A DNA stretch of 64,000 bases from Camelus ferus (Eukaryota): NCBI RefSeq assembly GCF_009834535.1, contig NC_045697.1, forward strand, positions 84,508,001 through 84,572,000, written 5' to 3'. Position 1 is the stretch's first letter. Every line of letters begins with the position of its first letter. A program made the position numbers and the translations under genes. This document shows, piece after piece, positions 1 through 11,459 of this stretch. The notes below the pieces were generated by a model, which was not told the origin of the DNA, did not search any database, and saw only the letters and a list, made by a program, of their open reading frames with translations.

Positions 1-190
1 AGATTCTCAATTTCTCTTGAAAAATTGGAAAATCTCACCATATTGAGCCTGCATTTTCACTAGCATCAACGAAGCCAGCTAAACTGAGAAGCAGCTGGTC
101 CTCTAAGTGGAACACATGCTCTCCATTTTTTCCACAGTCCCTACCACTCCCTAATTTCCCCAATAACACTGTAAAAGCAAGTGTTGGTGT
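1..190. mobile_element. Old hAT-Charlie DNA transposon fragment, MER102-like
   Basis: gcagctgg...catgctctccatttttccacagtccctaccactccctaatt resembles the MER102 consensus as I recall it; heavily diverged. Confidence 0.5.
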
Positions 191-699
191 CTACTGACAA
201 GTGCAAATGGTGAAAATTAGAATGACTGTACAGTTATGATCGAGAACCAACAAAAATATGAGAGGAATGCAGGAGCCAGTGGAATGTTAATAAAATGACA
301 AGCATTTGATTGAGCTGGATGAAATGGGGTCTAAAAAGAATGCAGATTCTAACTGGTCAGTAATTATGTTAATTGGATTGATCATATCATGGAGAAAGTT
401 GACTGGAGCCAGAAAGGAGGTTCTAAATATCAACTGCCTGAATCATGGACATTGGTCTACTGAACAGTGTTAGGGTTAGGTTTTGCCAAACTCTGTAGCT
501 ATTCTCAGATTGTGGTATGTGCCATTAATTCTGTAATTACATTTTAGCTGCTTTAGATCTGTATTACTCCAATATTCAGGTTGTGTAGTCACAGTCAGAA
601 TCTCTTAATAGTACCTGTTTCCTAAAAATTAATTAACTACCCGCAGTTTAGCTTCATCTATAATAATAGGATGCCCAACTTACTAAATACTAATTCTGG

Positions 700-1229
700 T
701 TATATTATTGAGCATTGTTTGACTACTCAATAATAATTCCTGCACCCCTCCTCCTTCCTCATTTCTAATACGGATTTTTATTCAGGTAATTTAACTTTTT
801 TCACATGGCCATATGTTTTCCTAATCCAATTATGATAATCCCATTTTCTTGGCTGTTAACATTTTAGTAATAGGCATGATGCATTTCTGGTCAGTCAGTG
901 CAAGAAGTGAAATCTTCTGGGGAACTTAGGGAAAATTTTTGCCACAATTAAAAAGAGACACACGAAAGACCTTATTTTTACTGGATGTTACCCTGTCTGG
1001 TTATGATATAAGGTAGTTAGCCTAAGGGCAAGCCTACATCCTGAAGAGTGCAGTATGGAAAGATGGGAAGGATTGTTAGTCCTTGATGATGTTAGGGCAT
1101 TGAATTGAGCAACCCTGAAGCTGCCTCACCTCAGAATTTCTTAATATGAAATAATAAATTTCGTAAGACTTCAGCTAGTTAGGCTGAGATTTTCTGTTTC
1201 TTGTGGAGGAAATCTTTCTGACTAATACA
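700..1229 (+). mobile_element. MaLR solo LTR, MLT1J/K-like
   Basis: Ends in ttttctgtttcttg...ctgactaataca; internal ccttgatgatgtt...gagcaaccctgaagctgcc and an aataaa signal, typical of old MLT1 LTRs. Confidence 0.7.
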
Positions 1230-1842
1230 CTGGAGAAATACTTCATTAGTGCATGATTTATAGTTAAGTAGAAAGGTCTTTATCTTAGTCTGGCCCACAA
1301 AACAAATTATCCTAGAAAGGAGAGAGAAACTGAATGATGATAGAAAGATAAAATAAAATCAAAAAGGTAAAAATAAAAGTATTTATAAATATGTGGAAGT
1401 AGCCTAGACCAGGAGTCAGAACCTATTCTAACAAATTCATTCAGGTTAAAAATTTTATATGTAAATGTTTCTTCTAAGATTGCTTAAATAGTATGTGTAG
1501 ATTGTGCTTCTGATGAACTTGAAGTACTTTCATGTTTCTTAAATTGCTAAACCTAAATTATTAATGTTAATTCAACCAAGCCCTCTTACCTATCAGTCAT
1601 TAGTGACAGATCTCTATTGAACTCAGCTTCAATAGAATTTGAACATTAATTAAAGGCTTCTATGAACTAAGTTCTTTTATGAAACTGGTTTGTTTAAAAT
1701 CTCAGTTTAGCACAAGGTTTGCATATCAAATAAAAAGACTTGAACCCTGACTGCATATTTAGAAATGTTTAACATGGTTGGCTCAGATTTAGGGCCAAAG
1801 AGTTCTTCATTGTGATCACTTTCTCAGTCCTTCAGAGGCAGG

Positions 1843-1888
1843 TGTGTGTGTGTGTGTGCATATAATGTGTGTATATATATATATATAT
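1843..1888. repeat. (TG)n/(TA)n compound microsatellite
   Basis: Seen directly. Confidence 0.95.
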
Positions 1889-2190
1889 AACCTATTGATA
1901 GGTACATAGATCTGTATATTTACCTACTTCAGCTTCTCTGTGCTACGTTCTATTTTGCTTATGAAAGATGATGTAGTACACCATCACGTGATTTGACAGA
2001 AACTTTGTATTACAAGTTAGAAATTGTATAGGAGGAACAGAAATGTATTTTAGGATAAGTTAGATAAGTAAGGGGTAACTACTTTAAAGTTATACGTGCT
2101 AGAGAGATATAAATAGGTATTTAGAGTCTTGGGGAGAGTTAGTAGGGAGGGGCAAAGTATTGGCTAAGCAATGATGCCAGTAGCCTAGAC

Positions 2191-2501
2191 CAAGACTGCA
2201 GAATGTGACTGGTTGGCCAGATCTAGCATGCTGCCTATTTTTCTATGGTCCATGAGCTAAGGTTTTAAATGTTTGAAAAAAATTACAAGGATATCTTGTG
2301 ACATAAGAAAATTATGTGAAATTAAAATTTCAGTTTCCATAAATAGTTTTATTGGTATAGAATTGTGCCCATTTATTTCTGTATTATTTATGGCTGCACT
2401 CAAATTAGAAAGGCAAAGTTGAACAGGTGGAACAGAGATGTATGGCCACAAAGGTTAGCATATTTACTATTGGGCCCTTTGTGAAAGTTTCCTAACCCCT
2501 G
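2191..2501 (+). mobile_element. hAT-Charlie MITE, MER58B-like
   Basis: Body matches MER58B (tgagctaag...aaattatgtgaaattaaaatttcagtttccataaat...tatttactattgggcccttt...cccctg); identical 8-bp flanks gcctagac at 2183-2190 and 2502-2509. Confidence 0.85.
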
Positions 2502-2509
2502 GCCTAGAC

Positions 2510-2652
2510 CAGTGCATCTCAACCTTTAATGTGCATTGCATATGAATCACCTGGGGGCCTTGTAAACATGTGCAGATTATAGTTCAGTAGATCTGGGAAG
2601 GCTGAGTGTCTGCATTTGTAACAAGCTGAGGGCCACACCTGAAGTAGCAAGG
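2510..2652 (+). mobile_element. hAT-Charlie MITE, MER5A1-like
   Basis: cagtgcatctcaacctttaatgtgca...gaatcacctggggg...ttcagtagatctggg...ccacacctgaagtagcaagg. Confidence 0.8.
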
Positions 2653-2660
2653 GCCTGTTG

Positions 2661-2872
2661 CTGGATCTGCAAATTTATTCTTTAAAGGGCCAAATAATAA
2701 CTATTTTAGGATCTGTAGGCTATGCAGTATTTTACAGCTACTCAATCTTCAGGGGAAAGTAGACATAGACTAGATATAAAAGAACAGGAGTGACTGTGTT
2801 CTAATAAATGATTATTTACAGAAGCAGGCCCTGGACTGCATTTAGCCCACAGGCTTAGTTTGCCAGTCACTG
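2661..2872 (-). mobile_element. hAT-Charlie MITE, MER58A-like, inverted relative to the 2191-2501 copy
   Basis: aaagggccaaataataactattttagg...ctgtgttctaataaa...agtttgccagtcactg, followed by gcctagag at 2873-2880. Confidence 0.8.
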
Positions 2873-2956
2873 GCCTAGAGTATTAGTATTGGGTAACCGT
2901 TCAGAATAGGCATGTTTGTACCCTTAACTTGCTTACTAGTTCTATTACCCACTCCA

Positions 2957-3181
2957 ATAATGATGAAGATAACAACTAACTTTTATTGGGTGATTATTCT
3001 ATGCCAGGCTCTATATTAAGCACTCTGAGCCTTATCTAACTTAATCCTCACAACAAATCCCAGGAAGCAGATACTGTCTTTATCCTGGCTTACAAATGAA
3101 GAAACTGAGCTTCAGAGGAAAAATAACTTTCCTAAAGCTGCCATAGCAAACCAGTGGTGGGCCTGGGATAAAAACATAGCC
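2957..3181 (-). mobile_element. MIR SINE
   Basis: Antisense MIR core: ttaatcctcacaacaa...tacaaatgaagaaactgagcttcagagg. Confidence 0.8.
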
Positions 3182-4309
3182 CATGATTATTGTATGACTG
3201 TTGGATTATTGGGTCACTGAACAGAACATGTACACTCACAGAAGTTTTACAAGCCAAAGATTTGGACAGTGACCATACTGGCTTCCTTCATTGTGGGGGT
3301 CTTCTGCTCACAAACCTGAACTATAAAAATGAGGTATCTATTTAGAGCTAACAGTAAATATAGGTGTCAGAAAACTGGATGTTTGGTTCAGGGAGGGCAG
3401 AGCTTTCTATTTTATGACAGATTTAGCACCTTCATACACATTCTTGAAGTTAAGGCTCAGAGAGATTCAGAAAGCACACTTTCATAGTCTTGGATTTTCT
3501 GTACTCCAAGAACGAAATTGCTTTACTTTATAATAATGTGTTATTTTAGGCACCAAATAGTATGCCATTCTGCCTTCCTTGTATACTTTGGAATTTTCAA
3601 TTATACAATGAATGTCCTTGGTAACCACAATGACTGAGATTACATTTCTCTTTCCAAATTCTTCTAGATTTTTTCCCTCTTTCTTAGCTGCAGTTTCTAA
3701 AGTAGAGAGTAGACCTTGATTCTGGCCTAGGGTATAAGATTAGCTTTATCTGTCTTTCCACTGCCATTTCTATGTAAATCAATATTTCTAAGTGTAAGGC
3801 ACATATCACCATAACTACATTTTAATAGATTAATAGACCATTAAGAGCAAATATGCTGTAAATAAAAATACTTTGAGAAAACCTTTCTAGGGTCTCAGGC
3901 CCAATATCCTTAGACTACAGATAACATATGAAAATGAACAATTGTGTCATTTTTTAAATCATCTGTTGAAAAACTTGACATCACTGCCTTGATGGTTAAT
4001 AATAATTTCTATTTTATGAAAAATCAATGTAGGTTATAGGGCAAGGAGGAATACAGCAAAGTTTTCTAAGGCTTAAGAATCTATCATCTTAAATTTTTAG
4101 GTGGAGAAGGAAGTTGAAATATGATATTAAAATATGAAATCATACAGAATTATAGATTCTTAGAGCCAGAACTTTTGCTGATGTAGTATAGCCATCTATA
4201 TAAACCCCTATTTTTCTGTATAAGTCCAAATTGATTAAGTGAAATTCTTAACACCATTTGCTTCTTCAACTCAAATATTTTGGAATTTTTTTCCCTGAAT
4301 CTGGGAATA

Positions 4310-4760
4310 TGTGTTAGTTTCCTAGGCCTGTTCTAACAAGTACCACAAACTAAGTGGCTTAAAACAATAGACATTTATTGTGTTATAGTTCTGGAGGCTG
4401 AAAGTGTGAAGTCAAGTTGTTGGCTAGAGGTCTGAGGCCCCTAGGAAGAACATTTCCTTGCCTCTTCTTAACTTCTGGTGAAGGCCAGCAATCCTTGGTA
4501 TTCCTTAGCTTGTAGTTGTGTCATTCCAATCTCTGCTTCCACCTTCACATGGTTTTTTCTCTCTTTGCGTCTTCACGTTGCTGTCTTCTACTAAGGACAC
4601 CGGTCACATTGGATTGGGGCCAACCCTACTCCAGTATGATCTCATCTTAACTGATTATACCTATAACAACCCTATTTCCAAATAAGGTCACATTTTGAGG
4701 TACTGGGTGTTAGGACTTCAGTATATCTTTTTGGGAGGACACATATCAACCCATAATACA
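4310..4760 (-). mobile_element. MaLR solo LTR, MLT1C-like
   Basis: tgtgttagtttcctagg...taccacaaactaagtggcttaaaacaa...tttccaaataaggtcacattttgaggtactggg...caacccataa; about 450 bp. Confidence 0.85.
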
Positions 4761-4899
4761 AGGATGCAAAGATATTATTGTTTCCCATGTAGATCTTACA
4801 GTATAGGGGAAAGGTGCATGTAGATCTTGGAAGACGCATGTTGTAATAGTGTAATATGCACAAAATTCTCTAAGATTACTGCAGTGGGGGCAACTGCCT

Positions 4900-5650
4900 T
4901 TTTCTAAGTGAAATGGTAGGGGGAGGCTTTCAAAGGGTATTGCCATTTGAGCCAGGCCTTGAGGGACAGATAGAAATTCATTGAGAATAGGTTGCCAGGT
5001 GGGAGGGACTCATCAAGCAAATAGCTTTGTGTAAAGGTGTAGAAGTAAGAGTGAATAAAGTGTTTATTTACTGTGATTAATACTAACCACTCTTTCGTGA
5101 ACATTAGTATGTGTCATTTAATATTAACAACAGTCCTTTGATACCCATTTTGCAGATGGTAAAACTGAAAATTTGAGAAATTAAGTACTTTGTTTCTAGT
5201 TCACACATCTAGACGGTGGTACTACTGGGATTAGAACCAAGACAGTCTGATCATCAGTTTGTGTTTTAGCCATTGTGATAAAAATTACAGTTCAGGATAT
5301 TTGGGAGTGCATAACGGATGGTTAAAGATAAGGCTAAAGAAATAGGTTAAAGATGAATTGTGAAGAAATTGGTTTATCACTTGGTTTACCTAATTGAAAA
5401 GGGATTTACTTAATAGAGTTTCAGCTTTAAGGACTATAGGTGATTGAATCATTGCCAAAGCTTTAAGAAAAGGCGTCAAATGTCCAGATTCCTGAAGAGA
5501 AGTGTGTAGATTGGGGAAGAGGAAGGTTGGAGACCCAGAGCCTAGAGAGGAGGCAATTGTTGCTGGCCATGTTAGAAATAATGAAGGTTGAAACTAGACA
5601 GAGATAGTGGGATGGGAACAGTGATGACTGAAAAGAGAGACTTGTCAATT
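4900..5650 (-). mobile_element. L2 LINE relic interrupted by a MIR fragment (~5110-5275)
   Basis: Purine-rich antisense L2-like text (tttgagccaggccttgaggga; gaggcaattgttgc); MIR core cccattttgcagatggtaaaactga. Confidence 0.55.
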
Positions 5651-8600
5651 AAAATCAGTCACGTGTTAATGCTGAAGTCAGTGCACTCTCTGTTGCATCA
5701 CCATTCTTGCTCCTTTGCCTCAAGTGCTGAAAGTAGAGCTGTCTCAACTCAAGTGATTAAAGCAATAATTTCAATCCATAACCGTAACATTGGAAAGAGT
5801 TTAGTAAGTACAAATGCTGTTTGACTAATTATTAATGCTAATGCTATTTAAACAGTTATATTACAGGAGACATTAAAATATTTTTTAAAATTCCAAACTT
5901 AGAATGTTTTAAAACAAACCACATAAAAGTGGCAGAAAATATTCTGCCAAAATGCTTTGATGCAATCTCATATATCTTCATGAAGTTGTAACTCTTTTGG
6001 GTTAAATTCACCCATGTTACTGTAGATACAGCCACACTTTTACATCTCAGCTTATTGAACTAAAGCCTGATTACTTAAAATCTATTATTTCTTAAAAATA
6101 GTTTTAATTTATTATAACCTTAATGTAGCAACACTTAGCATTAATTTGAAAGCAAAGTATTTATCAAAGGTCTCTGTTGCCTTTGTATGGGGCAAAGGAG
6201 ACCAAGTCTGTGTTTCCTTGTGATTTATGGCCCTCATATGAGAAGCTGCCTAAACAATAATGAATATCCAGCAGGATATTTCTGGAATTTCAAAAGAAGA
6301 TATTAGTTACCAAAGGAAAATTTATTAAAATAAGCTGCTTTTCCTTTAAGTGAATTTCTTTTATTTTGAGGGATTATTTTATGCAGGTTTCTGGTGCCAC
6401 CATAAACCATGCATTGTGACTTGCTTATCTTTAGTGACATTTGGTCTGTCTGTACTTGGCAGGCTTCGCCAAGCGTTGGCCAGGGCCATGTGATACAACT
6501 GCCATTAGTCAGGTGAAAGCAAACATAAACAATATTTGTGAATTTTTTTTCTTAATTTTAGCCTGTAACTTGAAAGTATAACATCATGAATTTGGGGAAA
6601 ATGAGACATTAGCTAACGTATTCATATACATAACATCTCATTAAATGAAAGTCTAGTAAGTAATGAAAAGAATGCTAAATATCCTGTTTGAATTGGTTAT
6701 ATGTTGCACAGTGGAAACTGAAGTTACCTGAAAATGGGAAACATTGCTCTAGTGTTCTCCAGGTGCCTGAATGCAAAACAAAGCAAAACCTAAATTGTGT
6801 GGAAATTGTATGTCTTCTTGTGACTGACTCTCAACTTGAAATTTTGGGTCATTACTAGGTAAAATCATTCTTAGAATGTTACTTTAGAGTACTGAACACT
6901 AGATTAAAATTCAGTGTTGTAAGATTTGAAGGAAACAGCAATTAAGGGGTTTAAAATTCTTGTACTTCATCACTTCTGAGAGACCATTCTTTTGTAAATT
7001 GGTGTTCTGTAAAACAGCAGCCCAAAGGACAAGGAGATGTAGAGGAAAATGAAAAAACTGGAAGAATTATCCTTCTTTGTTAGTTCAAAGGCATATTCAA
7101 AGACAAATATTAAGGATAAATAGTGACGAAAAATGTTGACAGTGCAAATTTATTGGCATTGACCAAGCAGCACAAACATATTAATATTGTGATTTTTAGA
7201 TTACTAATAAATGAAATATGTACTACAACAGGAGGAAAAAAACCCAATCTTATTCTCAGTATCCAAACTTTTGTTGCCAATGTGAAGAAAAACTCTGCGT
7301 CATATAATGTTCTTATGGAATTACTGTAGCTTAGGTCTGTGGAGATATCTAGAACTAATGTGCCTGCATCAGAAGGTAAGACTGACTGTGAGGGGCTTCT
7401 TCCTTTGTGTAACAAAATTCCTGGAACCTGGCCAGGGACTGGACCTGGAATCAGTTGTATAAATAGAACCTGTGATGGCTTTTTCATAATGAGGAATCCA
7501 AACACATGCAGAGAATGATCATATAAGTGTGTGGTCCCACATAAATATGCCATCTACCCGGAGCTTCCTAGCAGTTTAAGAATGAGTCTGTAGATGAGGG
7601 AGCCTAGAACTTTAGGGAAAGCTAGATCTAGAGTGATTTCTGAGACCCTCAGCTCTCAGATTCATGTAAAGGTGACACACAAGGTTTGTTTTGCTTGGCC
7701 CACTTGGAGGGTCACTTGTTTAGGCTTCTGTCTGGGCTAGACCTTCTGATACCTGGACATGCTGGGGTTTTAGTATTATAAAACATGGCCTCAGATTATT
7801 TAGAATTAAGGGCACATGGGCAGGGAAGCTTTGCATTTCAGTCCCCCTCTGGTCAATAGCCATTCACTCAGAGAGAATTCAGCAGTGATACTTGGCACTT
7901 GGCCACTGCCCTCACAGATGGTAAAAAGTGGTGGACACAGACAGCTTCACACTGACCGGCTCATATTCTATCCTAATAGGTTCTTAAATGGTTATACATT
8001 GACCAAGTTCATAAACATCACTGGTGCACAGAAAGCAGCAATATTTCTGGTATTTTGTATGCTCTAAGAAAAAGCTGTTTGCCATTTATAATTTTTCAGA
8101 GTTAAAGTCATTGAAGTAAGATTTTAACAAATAAAAGAAAATTAATAGCATTATAATGTCTACAGTTTTACAAAGATACTTGATTTATTTTAAAAGAAAC
8201 CAATTTAGAGAAAAATCGTAAATAATGGTGATGATGCGAATCAGAGAAGAGAGAAGAGTTCACTGATCTTGAGGTCTTGCCCCGCCTGATCTGGGAAACT
8301 CTGTTCTTACATGTTATGTGGGATATAGATACCAGTGCTCTGGAGGGCTCAAGTCTGAATCTGCTGCCATAAATTTGGTTCTGAGCTTAGATCATTTGTG
8401 TAAAGCAGTTATCTAAAATGAGACATTTACAGATATTAGGACGGCTGGTTAAAGCTTCTGAGAAACCATGGAACAAGACAATTTATTGAGCAGAATAAAT
8501 AGTGGGGATTTGGAATGATCCTTTTGAGTCTATAACAAGTAGCAGGAAAAAGAGAATGACCAATTTTCCAGCTGTTTGGGATGAAACAACACTTTCTGAG

Positions 8601-9408
8601 ATTCACATTTCATATCAGAGTTGTTTAACCAGCGAAGTGCTGAAGTGATTAAATATGAAACCACAAAACTAAAGCCTGAGAAAACTGGTCAGAAATGCTT
8701 CTGGAATGAGGCGTTAGCTGTAGTAGTTATTTCTGTTCTGTTGGTCAGTGATGAAATGTGCTATAATCAGCCCGCTAAATTATCCAGAGGAAGGTTTACT
8801 TTGCTGGTTTTAAGGTATCTTCTTTCAGAATTTTGATGTGGCAGCACATCCCTTAACAGCTCATTTCCTGAGGGATACTAAGCAAGAGCCAATCCCAGGA
8901 AAAAAGAAAAGTTTAAGATCTCTCACCCCACTGTGAACCCTCTCCACGTTTAAACATAGAAGACACTCTTATAATCTGGTTTATACAGAACACTGCTACA
9001 AAGGTGCTAAATATTTACTATGCAGAGACTCAGGGCCTATTTTTCACCAGAAAAATAAGAGAAGATGTCTTTACCAGCATTGTGCTTTCTCCAAATGTGA
9101 AACTGAAGCTAAAATGAATAAAACAACCTTATTTTTCCTATAAAAATTCAGTTAGAAAGAATGTTAGTAGGTTCACTTGCAAACGTATTGGTATCTATTA
9201 TTGTCCATTAGGAATTTACAAGAGCTCATATCTTGGTCTCTATATTATAGTGTCTCTTCAGATCTCAATCTGGATTACTAGGAAGTAATCTAGGAAGTCC
9301 TCTGACCACAGCTGTCATCACATAGTGTTGGGCCTGGGAAGCAGTCTCCTTCTCAGGGAATTTTACGTTTTACATTTACATTTACTCTAATTTCTATCGA
9401 TTTGACTA

Positions 9409-9621
9409 CAGTTGACCTTTAAACAATGCGGGTCCACTTATACCCAGATTTTTTCCCACTAATTATGTACTACTGTACTACAAAATCTGCAGTTGGTTGA
9501 ATCCTCGGTTGATTGAATCCAGGTGTAAAACCATAGATACAGAGGGCTGACTATGAAGTTATATATGGATTTTCAACTGCACGAGTGTTGGCGCCCCAAA
9601 CCCTTGCTCAAGGATCAACTG
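9409..9621. mobile_element. TcMar-Tigger MITE, Tigger2a/MER28-related
   Basis: Terminal inverted repeats cagttgacctttaaacaa / ttgctcaaggatcaactg, with TA duplicated on both sides (9407-9408, 9622-9623). Confidence 0.9.
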
Positions 9622-10089
9622 TATTGTCTTCTGACATTTTTTTTTTTTTGGTCTTACTTCCACAGAATAATGCCAAGAGGCTAATAATGTAAATGCTGTT
9701 TATTCACGTATAAAGTTACTCACAAGATAGAAGTATTCTGAGGATGTCAAATTGTTCAATCAATAGAGCTAAATCCTCAAAATAGAGGAGGGACAGCTGG
9801 AGAGGACTGGAGTTTGTGAAAAGACTCACTAACTCAGTGTGTCAGTGTAAAGTGAATATATATCTCTGAAAGACATCATTGTCAACTTTAAAATAAATAA
9901 GATTATTTACAGATAAGCCTAATCTAATATGTGATATGATTGGTCTATATACTTTAAATTTGATACCAATCCCTGAAATTCTGAAATTGTTGATATAAAA
10001 ATAAACATAAAGTGTTTTAGACAGCTTTTTTTGGTAAAAGCTGAGTAAAACCTTGGCATTTTATTAAAAAATCAAAGAATAACTCTGAC

Positions 10090-10297
10090 CAATGGTGCAC
10101 TGGTAGGTGCATATTAACCAGCTCTCGGGCTAGGGTTTAGGGAAGCCTGATTCATAACATTTGACATTTAGCATGGTGTAAATACTCCCACATGGCCAAT
10201 TTCAAACTACTAATGGGTTGTCAATTGACTCCAAAACCTCCTGAAAGTTTAATAATTAGCTCTTGAAGGTAGAATGAACTAGCTCCATCATACTGCT
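10090..10297. mobile_element. hAT-Blackjack MITE, MER63A-like
   Basis: caatggtgcactggta...catggtgtaaatactcccacatggccaatttcaaactac...cctgaaagtttaataatt matches MER63 as I recall it. Confidence 0.75.
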
Positions 10298-10503
10298 AAG
10301 ACTAAATTTGTGCTGACCATCAAACAATCCTCACAACTTGAGTATGTCAAGTTAGTTACCAGATGTGGACATGGAATCTTAAACACTCTGCTTTATGACC
10401 CTCCAAATACCTATAGAGGAAGGGAAAACATAGTAGGGATAAGTATGGGATAATTTTACTATATTTGTTGTATCTAGAATTTTATATCAAATATTTTAAG
10501 AAG

Positions 10504-10750
10504 TATATTCCAACCAACATTGTAGGAAGATTCCCTTTTCTCTATACACTCTTCAGCATTTATCATATATGAACTTTTTAATAATGTTCATTCTGACTGG
10601 TGTGAAGTGGTAACTCATTGTAGTTTTGATTTGCATGTCTCTGATAATTAATGATATTGAGCATTTTTTCATGTGTCTATTGGCCATTTGTATGTCTTCA
10701 CCAGAGAATTGCTTATTTAGGTCTTCTGCCCATTTTTGGATTTAGATTTG
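10504..10750 (-). mobile_element. L1 ORF2 segment; inverted 5' part of a twin-primed L1
   Basis: Antisense L1 ORF2 sequence (cattctgactggtgtgaagtgg...gtcttctgcccatttttgga). Confidence 0.85.
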
Positions 10751-10753
10751 TAT

Positions 10754-11459
10754 TAGTTTGGTGCAGCCATTATGGAAAACAGTACTGAGATTCATCAAAA
10801 AACTAAAAATAGACTTACCATAGGATCCAGCAATCCCACTCCTTGACATATATCCAGAGGGAACTCTAATTCAAAAAGATACATGTACCCCAATGTTCAT
10901 AGTGTCATTGCTTACAATAGACAAGACATGGAAACAACCTAAATGTCCACTGACAGAGGACTGGATAAAGAAGTTGTGGTATATTTATACAGTGAAATAT
11001 TATTCGGCCATAAAAAAGAATAAAATAATGCCATTTACAGCAAAATGGATGGACTTGGAGAGCATCATTCTAAGTGAGATAAACCAGAAAGAGAAGGAAA
11101 AATACCATATCAGATCACTCACATGCAGAATCTTAAAAAAAAAGGATGCAAATGAACATATTCACAAAACAAGAACAGATTCACCGATATAGAAAACAAA
11201 CTTGTTACCAGGGGGAAGGGATAAACTGAGAGTTCAAGATTTGCAGATACTAACTACTGTATATAAAATAGGTAAACAAAGAGTTTCTTCTGTAGAGCAC
11301 AGGGAACTATATTCAATATCTGGTGGTAACTATACATATCTATATGAAAAATAATATGAAAAGGAATATATGCATGTATATGTATGACTGAAACATTATC
11401 CTGTACATCAGAAATTGATAAAACATCGTAAACTGACTATACTTCAATTTAAAAAAAAA
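10754..11459 (+). mobile_element. L1 3' end (ORF2 C-terminus, 3'UTR, A-tail)
   Basis: ORF 10893-11192 reads KTWKQPKCPLTEDWIKKLWYIYTVKYYSAIKKNKIMPF, the L1 ORF2 C-terminus; the 3'UTR ends aactgactatacttcaattt followed by A9. Confidence 0.95.

Noticed and set aside
4786..4828. 12-bp direct repeat catgtagatctt with a 19-bp spacer
   Set aside because: Only two copies with no insert hallmarks; not an array, and CRISPR is not expected in mammalian DNA.
7110..7553. 147-aa minus-strand ORF
   Set aside because: No recognisable domain or convincing exon structure; consistent with a chance ORF.
7850..7868. CTCF-like GC motif (similar weak match near 59720-59737)
   Set aside because: Mismatches at core positions; too weak without data.
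10893..11192. ORFs with real protein similarity (also 35434-35706, 18845-19045, 17816-18064)
   Set aside because: These are fragments of L1 ORF2 in truncated, mutated copies, not host genes.
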